Shown here piece after piece: positions 57,773 to 64,000 of a DNA stretch of 64,000 nucleotides. Under the pieces are notes generated by a model. It ran no database searches and was not told the origin of the DNA. It saw only the letters and a list, made by a program, of their open reading frames with translations. Each line of letters begins with the position of its first letter. The stretch's first letter is position 1. This DNA is from Thermodesulfobacteriota bacterium (lineage in GTDB: Bacteria > Desulfobacterota > Anaeroferrophillalia > Anaeroferrophillales > Tharpellaceae), in the NCBI GenBank assembly GCA_024763535.1, contig JANTFH010000001.1:7337-71336 (forward strand), given 5' to 3'. A program made the position numbers and the translations under genes.

Positions 57773-59047
57773 TCAATGGTTGTGAGGGTCGAAGCCGCCT
57801 TTTGCAAGTTGCGAAGCGATAAAAAAAGCTCCTTCAACGACAACCCGGCTACCGGCGGCAACCCCGGTTATCTCCTGTAAGTTCCCGAAAGTCCGGCCCC
57901 GGTCGACTTCGTGGGCCTGGTATTCACCCGCTTTCTCTTCAATAAATATGGTCCAGTCGCCGTCGCCGCCGCGCATTAAAGCGGTTTCGGGAACGGCAAG
58001 AACGGGTTCAGAGGCCGGTAAAGAGAGATAGACATCGACAAACATGCCGGGGTGGAGCTTGTGTTTTTCATTGTCAACCAGCAGGCGCACGGTTCGGGTG
58101 CGGCTCAGCGAATTGATGGTGTGTTCCTGCTGACTGACGACGGCCGGGTAGGAACGGTTGTCAATCATGATCCGGGCTTTGGTGCCGGGAGCAAGGTCAA
58201 AGGTCAGGTTCGGGGTCAGATAAGCCTCGGCCCAGAGATTTCGTTCATCGGCCAGCTGTAGCAGCTCCTCCCCGGCGGCGACCCGTTGACCCTGTTGAAA
58301 ATCATCCCTTAAGACTGTACCGCTGATGACCGCTTTCAATGTGTATTCGCCCAAAGTTGTCGAGTTGGCGGCAGTATTTTTAATCGCGCCGGCATCCAGA
58401 CCGAAGATCTTCAGGCGGCTGTAGGCGGCTTTATAATCCATCTCGGCCCGGATATAACGTTTGGCTCCGACCGTTTTCCGGCCCATTTTTTGTACCCGCT
58501 GCCACTCCTCGCGGACAACCAAAAACTCGGCCTGCGCGGCGGCCACGGTTTCCGCAAACAGGGTTACTAAAGGCTGCCCTTCTTCGATATGATCGCCGAG
58601 TGCAACATGGCGTTTAAGCACCACGGAATCGGTGCGGGGCGATACCAGATAGCTGGTGTAATCGTTGGCTTTAAGCTCGCCGGGGGTATAGATTTCGGTG
58701 GAGAGATTGCGGTATTCTAAAACTTCAACTTTGATGGCGGCGGTTGCCAGCTGGGTCGGTGACAATTTAACCCCGGCTTCACCCTCCTCGTGTTCATGCT
58801 CATGCGAACCGGGTTTTGTTGCGGCCGCGTCGTGGTGGTCATCTTCATGCTCTCCGGCAGGCTCTTCAGGTTCGCTGTGATCGGCCGGGTGGTCGTGATC
58901 TTTGTGATCTTCGTGATCGCTATGGATTTTTTCGGCGGCCGAAAGTTTTTTGCCGGCTGAATGTTGATGCTCGTCAGCGCTCAGGCCGATTGTCGTCAGG
59001 CTGAAAATGAGAGAAAAAATTATTATTATCTGTAAACTCGGTTTCAT
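57773..59047 (-). CDS. czcB: RND efflux membrane fusion (periplasmic adaptor) protein with a His-rich metal-binding N-terminal extension
   Basis: Signal peptide, then HQHSAGKK...HSDHEDHKDHDHPADHSEPEEPAGEHEDDHHD...HEHEHEE, then HlyD-like beta-barrel/lipoyl regions. Confidence 0.8.
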   Translation of the reverse strand: MKPSLQIIIIFSLIFSLTTIGLSADEHQHSAGKKLSAAEKIHSDHEDHKDHDHPADHSEPEEPAGEHEDDHHDAAATKPGSHEHEHEEGEAGVKLSPTQLATAAIKVEVLEYRNLSTEIYTPGELKANDYTSYLVSPRTDSVVLKRHVALGDHIEEGQPLVTLFAETVAAAQAEFLVVREEWQRVQKMGRKTVGAKRYIRAEMDYKAAYSRLKIFGLDAGAIKNTAANSTTLGEYTLKAVISGTVLRDDFQQGQRVAAGEELLQLADERNLWAEAYLTPNLTFDLAPGTKARIMIDNRSYPAVVSQQEHTINSLSRTRTVRLLVDNEKHKLHPGMFVDVYLSLPASEPVLAVPETALMRGGDGDWTIFIEEKAGEYQAHEVDRGRTFGNLQEITGVAAGSRVVVEGAFFIASQLAKGGFDPHNH

Positions 59048-59062
59048 GGTTTCCCCTGTTGT

Positions 59063-60292
59063 TTAGAGTTGATTGAAGATAGTGCTAAGATGTCCGCTCT
59101 GCAGATAGAGGTCGATCAGGGCCGTGTGGTAGAGGGCCTCAAGTTCGATGCCGGTACGCAGATTTTCATTCTGCTGCTGGCGGATGCGCAGGTATCCGGT
59201 GGTGTCAAGATCGCCGCTCTGCCAGTGTTTTTCCAGTAACTGTCGGCTTTGCTCACCTCTTAAGCGCATAATCTCCTGCCATTGTTTGTAACTCTGTTGG
59301 TACTCTTTCATAGTTTCTGCCGCCGCTTCAGCGGCAATCAGCTGCCGGCGTTTAAGTGCCTGATAACGGGCCTGAGTTACCACGATATCCTGGTTGGCGG
59401 CATCGGTTTCGGCGCTGAACGAGTTGAGTATATTTAAGGGGATGGAGAATGTCAGGGCGAAAACATTTTCCTCACCGTCTTCACCGGCGTTAAAACCTAT
59501 GGTTGGATCCGGTTTCGCCTGCTGCCGGGTCAGTTCGGCCGTATGTTTCCGGGCTTCCCAGTTGAGGCGGGCCAGAGCTACCCGGGGATGGTTGTCAATC
59601 AGTTTTTGCAGGTCGTAATTGGCGGCGGCAGACCAAAACTCTTCCGGAATCGGAGCCGCCGCTACCGACCACTCCGGCAGCTCTTCTTTGAGACGGGCCT
59701 CCGTCCGGCGCACCCGGATCCGGGCCGCAACCGTATTCTTCAGATTCTCGGAGAGATTGAGAAAGGCCAGTTCGCTGTCGATGAGACCGGCATCACCGGC
59801 CATCTGCCGCTGTTTTACCTGCTCCGCCAGGGCGGTCATGGCATCTTTCTGCTGCAAAGAGAGAGCCGCGGCCTTTCCGGCGGCCTGCCACTCGGCTAGA
59901 AGTTTCAGAATTTCTGCCGTTTTTTCTAAGGTTTTAAGTTTGAATTCGGTTTCGGCGGCCGTCAGCTCTGCCTGACTCTGCTGAGTGCGAATCCCGCGTT
60001 TACCCCAGATATCAAGGGTCTGGCTCAGGCCGATCCGGTAGTTGTTGTCATCGCCGTTGCGTTCATATTCGGTTTCAAATTCCGGATTATAGAGCGGTTG
60101 CTGCCGGCCCGCGGCGGTTAATCTCAGGTGCTCCAGATTCTTCCGGGCGACCACGATTTCCGGGTTCTGGTCGATCTGAGAGATAAGTCTGGAAGTCCAG
60201 CTTTCCGTTGTCTGGGCCAGGATCTGTCCGGGATTGCTAAAGATCAGTAAAAACAGAATGATTACAAGACCTTTTATTGTTTTTTTAGACAT
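59063..60292 (-). CDS. czcC: Outer-membrane efflux protein (TolC/CzcC family)
   Basis: 409 aa, signal peptide, two OEP-type repeats. Sits upstream of czcB and czcA in the same orientation. Confidence 0.75.
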   Translation of the reverse strand: MSKKTIKGLVIILFLLIFSNPGQILAQTTESWTSRLISQIDQNPEIVVARKNLEHLRLTAAGRQQPLYNPEFETEYERNGDDNNYRIGLSQTLDIWGKRGIRTQQSQAELTAAETEFKLKTLEKTAEILKLLAEWQAAGKAAALSLQQKDAMTALAEQVKQRQMAGDAGLIDSELAFLNLSENLKNTVAARIRVRRTEARLKEELPEWSVAAAPIPEEFWSAAANYDLQKLIDNHPRVALARLNWEARKHTAELTRQQAKPDPTIGFNAGEDGEENVFALTFSIPLNILNSFSAETDAANQDIVVTQARYQALKRRQLIAAEAAAETMKEYQQSYKQWQEIMRLRGEQSRQLLEKHWQSGDLDTTGYLRIRQQQNENLRTGIELEALYHTALIDLYLQSGHLSTIFNQL

Positions 60293-60470
60293 AGAAATTC
60301 CTTGTTATAGAGGTGCGGCGGCCCGGGGCATCCCGGATGCCGCAGCGGAATCATTGGTGGTTACTATCGATTACGGGTAGTGGCTTGTGTAAATTGCCGG
60401 AGATGCACTGCTGCAGTTGTAGAAGGCTTTTTGTGACTTTTGTTTTAAGGCAATTTACAGGGAATGGAAC

Positions 60471-60941
60471 TCAAATCAGGAGGACTATGCTTTGCAGATG
60501 GGTAAGGGCTGGGTCAATTGTTGCCGGGTTGTATGAAATAGTAGAGAAGGTGTTGCTAAGCTTTACTACCGGCTCTTTTAACTGTCCGGTTGTCAACTGT
60601 GGGTCGGCAATGAATGTGATGAGATGGTTGATGGTTTCATTACGCTGAGCAAAGAGTTGAAAAGAGACCTCGAAATCTTTGCAGGTAGCCCGGGTGTTAC
60701 AGCTTGACATGGTGGTGTTCAGGGTTTTGGTTCGAACCGTATGACCGGCCTGTTTCGCCCGGTGCAGATGATTATCGATACAGCGATGGGGTCTGTTCTT
60801 AGGCCCCAGCTCCAGGGTTGCCTCACCATTTTGTTCGAGACAGATCACGGCCCGGGCGGAGCCGCTGCCGATAGATAAAAAGCAGGCTATGACCAGAAAC
60901 CAGATGATGATATTTCTGGTGTATGAGTTTGCGTGGGACAA
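60471..60941 (-). CDS. Hypothetical membrane-anchored small protein upstream of czcC
   Basis: 156 aa with an N-terminal hydrophobic anchor (IIIWFLVIACFLSIGSG). No domain recognised. Could be a CzcI-like periplasmic accessory protein, but I cannot support this from motifs. Confidence 0.35.
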   Translation of the reverse strand: MSHANSYTRNIIIWFLVIACFLSIGSGSARAVICLEQNGEATLELGPKNRPHRCIDNHLHRAKQAGHTVRTKTLNTTMSSCNTRATCKDFEVSFQLFAQRNETINHLITFIADPQLTTGQLKEPVVKLSNTFSTISYNPATIDPALTHLQSIVLLI

Positions 60942-61287
60942 GGTGTCGGCTTCCAGTAATGAAGGTTAAGTCAGGCAGATTTTCAGTTCACAATTTATCA
61001 GATTGACCGGTCTCATTAATAAACCTATCCATTTTTGTCAAGTAATTTTGTGTTTCCGGCGGCTGCCATAATGCTGTGTGACGGCTCTGATGATAGTGCG
61101 GGTGTAGGTAAATTACCTAAAGAGTTTTCAGCTTTTAACCTATGCCGGATTACCTTATTCACCGATTTACATGTTGTCCATAATTGGCTAAAGTTAATTT
61201 GTCTCAGACTCGGTTCAGGCAATGGCTGGAGGCGCAAACTGCAAGACATTATGAAAATTCAAGACGTTTTTTTGATTTTGTAAATTT

Positions 61288-62067
61288 ATGGCACTTCTGG
61301 AAGTAAATAATCTTCATCTCTCCTTTGGCGGCCTGCAGGTTCTGCATGATGTCAGCTTCGCGGTTGAGCCCGGTCAGATCTACGCGATTATCGGGCCGAA
61401 CGGGGCCGGTAAAACCTCTATCTTAAATTGTCTCGGCGGTTTTTATCAGCAGCAGCAGGGAAAAATTATCTTTGCCGAAAATGATATTTCACATCAATCC
61501 CCGGACCGGCGGGCGGCTGCCGGACTGGCCCGGACGTTTCAGAATATCGCGCTGTTTAAGGGGATGACGGTGCTTGATAATATCAAGCTGGGAAGTCATG
61601 CTCACTTAAAGACCGGCCTTTTGGGGGCCGCACTCTACTGGGGCGCGGCTCATCGTGAAGAGATGCGGCTGCGGGAGGAGATCGAGAATGACATTATTGA
61701 TTTTCTCGAGATCGAATCTATCCGCAAACAGCCGGTCAGTACCCTGGCTTACGGCCTGCAGAAGCGGGTCGAACTGGCCCGGGCTCTGGCGATGCAGCCG
61801 CGTATCCTGCTGCTGGATGAGCCGGTGGCCGGGATGAATGCCGAAGAGACCGAGGACATGGTGCGTTTTATCCTCGATATTCAGGAAGAGCGGGATTTGA
61901 CGATTATCATTATTGAACACGATATGCGGATGATCATGGATATCTCCGATCGGATTATGGTGCTCAATTTCGGTCGCAAGATTGCCGACGGCACGCCTCT
62001 GGAAGTGCAGCAGCATCCCGAGGTTATCAAAGCCTATCTCGGCAGCGAAAAGCGGAGGACGGGCTGA
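61288..62067 (+). CDS. livG: Branched-chain amino acid ABC transporter ATP-binding protein (LivG-like)
   Basis: Walker A GPNGAGKT, signature LAYGLQKRVELARAL, Walker B LLLDEP, and the LivG-type insertion. Confidence 0.85.
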   Translation: MALLEVNNLHLSFGGLQVLHDVSFAVEPGQIYAIIGPNGAGKTSILNCLGGFYQQQQGKIIFAENDISHQSPDRRAAAGLARTFQNIALFKGMTVLDNIKLGSHAHLKTGLLGAALYWGAAHREEMRLREEIENDIIDFLEIESIRKQPVSTLAYGLQKRVELARALAMQPRILLLDEPVAGMNAEETEDMVRFILDIQEERDLTIIIIEHDMRMIMDISDRIMVLNFGRKIADGTPLEVQQHPEVIKAYLGSEKRRTG

Positions 62068-62952
62068 ATGGATTTCTTTCTTCTGCTTTTGACCAGCGGG
62101 ATTGCCGTGGGCGGTATCTACGCCCTGATCGCTCTGGGTTTTGTTCTTATCTATAAAGCGACCAGTATCATCAATTTCGCTACCGGGGAATTCATGATGA
62201 TCGGGGCCTATATCTTTTACACCTGTTCGGTGCTGATCGGCTGGCCGGCAATTCCCTCTTTTCTGGTGGTCATGGCCGGGGCCGGTCTGCTCGGCCTGAT
62301 GGTGGAAAAAACCATTTTACGTCATATGCTCGGGCAGCCGACGATCAGTATCGTCATGGTGACCATCGGTTTAAGCTCAATCCTGACGGGTCTGGCCGAG
62401 ATGATCTGGTCATCCGATTTCAAGAGTTTTCCCCCGCTTTTCCCCCGGGCCCCGATAATTATCGGTGATCTGATTATCCGATCCAATCTTTTCTGGGGAT
62501 TTGTCGTGGCTATGGGTACGGTGGCGGTTTTCGCCCTGATTTTCAAATATGCCAAAGTCGGGGTCGCCATGCGGGCTACGGCCGGGGATCAGATGGCCGC
62601 ATTTTCAATGGGTATCAATGTCCGCAGCATGTTTACTCTGGCCTGGATTTTCGGGGCCATTGCCGCATCCATCGGAGGTTTGATCATCGGTAATATCGGC
62701 GGGGTTCAGCCTAATCTCGGCGGGATCGGCTTAAAAATCTTTCCGGTGGTGATTCTCGGCGGACTCGATTCGATCGGCGGCGCGGTTTTAGGCGGCCTGA
62801 TTGTCGGAATTATCGAGAATCTGGCCGGCGGTTATCTCGATCCGATGATCGGCGGCGGGGTCAAAAATATTGCACCGTTTGTCGTTTTGGTCTTGATTCT
62901 GATGGTTCGCCCCTACGGTCTTTTCGGCCGCAAAGAGATTGAGAGATTGTAG
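62068..62952 (+). CDS. livH: Branched-chain amino acid ABC transporter permease (LivH-like)
   Basis: 294-aa polytopic protein, LivH-family pattern (IYALIALGFVLIYKATSIINFATGEFMMIGAY). Confidence 0.85.
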   Translation: MDFFLLLLTSGIAVGGIYALIALGFVLIYKATSIINFATGEFMMIGAYIFYTCSVLIGWPAIPSFLVVMAGAGLLGLMVEKTILRHMLGQPTISIVMVTIGLSSILTGLAEMIWSSDFKSFPPLFPRAPIIIGDLIIRSNLFWGFVVAMGTVAVFALIFKYAKVGVAMRATAGDQMAAFSMGINVRSMFTLAWIFGAIAASIGGLIIGNIGGVQPNLGGIGLKIFPVVILGGLDSIGGAVLGGLIVGIIENLAGGYLDPMIGGGVKNIAPFVVLVLILMVRPYGLFGRKEIERL

Positions 62953-62958
62953 AAACTT

Positions 62959-64000
62959 ATGCGTATCGGTGACTATAAAGAGAGCTATTCCGCCGATGAA
63001 GCGGTTTTCGTGACGCCGACCAGCCGTTTCTGGCTGGGAGTGCTGTTCGTCTGTCTGGCACTGTTTCCCTTTTTTGCGGGAGAATATCTGCTCTATATGG
63101 CCAATATCACCGGTATCGCCGTCGTCGCGGCCTTAGGTCTGAATATCCTGACCGGGGCCACCGGGCAGATCTCTTTAGGGCATGCCGCCTTTGTCGGAAT
63201 CGGTGCCTATACTTCAGCCGTATTAACTAACCGGCTGGGTCTGCCGCTGCTTTTGTGTCTGCCCCTGGCGGGTCTGGCGTCAGCCTTTTTCGGGGTTTTG
63301 GTCGGGGCGCCCTCAATGCGGATGAAAGGGCTCTATCTCTGTATCACGACCCTGGCGGCTCAGGTTATCTTTGAGTTCTTTTTCGTCCACTGGGAGTCTT
63401 TGACCGGCGGCATTCGCGGCCTTAATGTGCCCTCCCCGTCGATCTTCGGCCTCGATGTCGGCAGTGAGTTCGGTTTCTACTGGGTGACGCTTATCGTAGT
63501 GATCCTGGCGGCCACCATGAGCCGCAATCTCTTTCGCACCCGGATCGGCCGGGCTTTTATCGCGATTCGCGACCGGGATATCTCGGCGGAATTGATGGGA
63601 ATCAATCTTTTTCGTTACAAACTTTACTCTTTTGCCGTGAGTTCTTTTCTTGCCGGAGTGGCCGGCTGTCTCTGGGTTAATCATCTCAAATCGATTACCC
63701 CGGAACACTTTCCCCTGCATGAGAGTATCCGCTATCTGGCAATGATTATTGTCGGCGGTCTCGGCAATATCCTGGGGGCGATTTACGGGGCCGTCTTTAT
63801 GACCCTGATCCCGGAAGCTCTTTCCGCCGTACTGAAATTTTTCGAAGGTTATTTCCCTCAGGCGATGGCCTATCTCTACCCTCTGCAGACCGTGGTCTTC
63901 GGTTTTCTGATAGTGCTTTTTCTGGTTTTTGAACCCCACGGACTGGCAGAGATGTGGTGCCGGGTTAAGGCCTATTTTCGTCTCTGGCCCTTTAAACACT
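62959..64000 (+). CDS. livM: Branched-chain amino acid ABC transporter permease (LivM-like), 3'-truncated by the window end
   Basis: Open frame from ATG 62959 to the window edge. MRIGDYKESY...ITGIAVVAALGLNILTGATGQISLGHAAFVGIGAY is the LivM signature. The ORF track missed it because no stop falls inside the window. Confidence 0.8.
   Translation, partial: MRIGDYKESYSADEAVFVTPTSRFWLGVLFVCLALFPFFAGEYLLYMANITGIAVVAALGLNILTGATGQISLGHAAFVGIGAYTSAVLTNRLGLPLLLCLPLAGLASAFFGVLVGAPSMRMKGLYLCITTLAAQVIFEFFFVHWESLTGGIRGLNVPSPSIFGLDVGSEFGFYWVTLIVVILAATMSRNLFRTRIGRAFIAIRDRDISAELMGINLFRYKLYSFAVSSFLAGVAGCLWVNHLKSITPEHFPLHESIRYLAMIIVGGLGNILGAIYGAVFMTLIPEALSAVLKFFEGYFPQAMAYLYPLQTVVFGFLIVLFLVFEPHGLAEMWCRVKAYFRLWPFKH

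Noticed and set aside
63313-63999. 228-aa minus-strand ORF at the window end
   Set aside because: The + strand here encodes the clear LivM-like permease (62959 onward). The minus ORF is an antisense artefact.
1-64000. CRISPR arrays, rRNA genes, complete IS elements
   Set aside because: No regularly spaced direct repeats, no rRNA-like conserved blocks and no intact transposase ORFs with terminal inverted repeats were seen on either strand.

Overview
This 64-kb window looks like part of a moderately GC-rich Gram-negative chromosome, deltaproteobacterial in flavour (11-subunit Nuo, NfnAB, rhodanese, czcCBA). Most of it is a conserved housekeeping backbone: thrS-infC-rpmI-rplT-pheST-ihfA, two tRNAs, two DEAD-box helicases, nfnAB, a long nuo operon, cell-wall hydrolases, trpB2, yjbQ, hsp20 x2, czcCBA and livGHM. 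Three stretches look accessory. (i) 17.1-25.5 kb: I read a divergently organised organoarsenical (arsenosugar-type) biosynthesis locus. A single 1047-aa polypeptide fuses an ArsS-like radical SAM domain, an ArsM-like SAM methyltransferase and a further Cys-rich C-terminal module. Across a shared promoter sits a 6-gene operon: DedA/TVP38, FAD disulfide reductase, DUF3047, a DUF2064 (TIGR04282-like) transferase, a GT2 (TIGR04283-like) transferase and a fatty-acid hydroxylase. I rank this first. (ii) 48.0-53.1 kb: an AT-rich island between yjbQ and hsp20 that reads as a decayed chromosomal integron. It has an integron-type tyrosine recombinase pseudogene, attC-like imperfect palindromes, an APC permease cassette, and a translationally coupled Dam methylase + PD-(D/E)xK/DGQHR nuclease-like pair that may be a defense module. 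(iii) 7.7-14.3 kb: a tRNA-Pro-adjacent operon of secreted hydrolases, including a 1555-aa S8 protease with four C-terminal tandem repeats. The nuo operon lacks nuoEFG and carries an extra antiporter-like subunit plus an 89-aa membrane peptide between nuoK and nuoL. I found no CRISPR array and no rRNA. All calls come from reading the sequence and the ORF translations; no searches were run.
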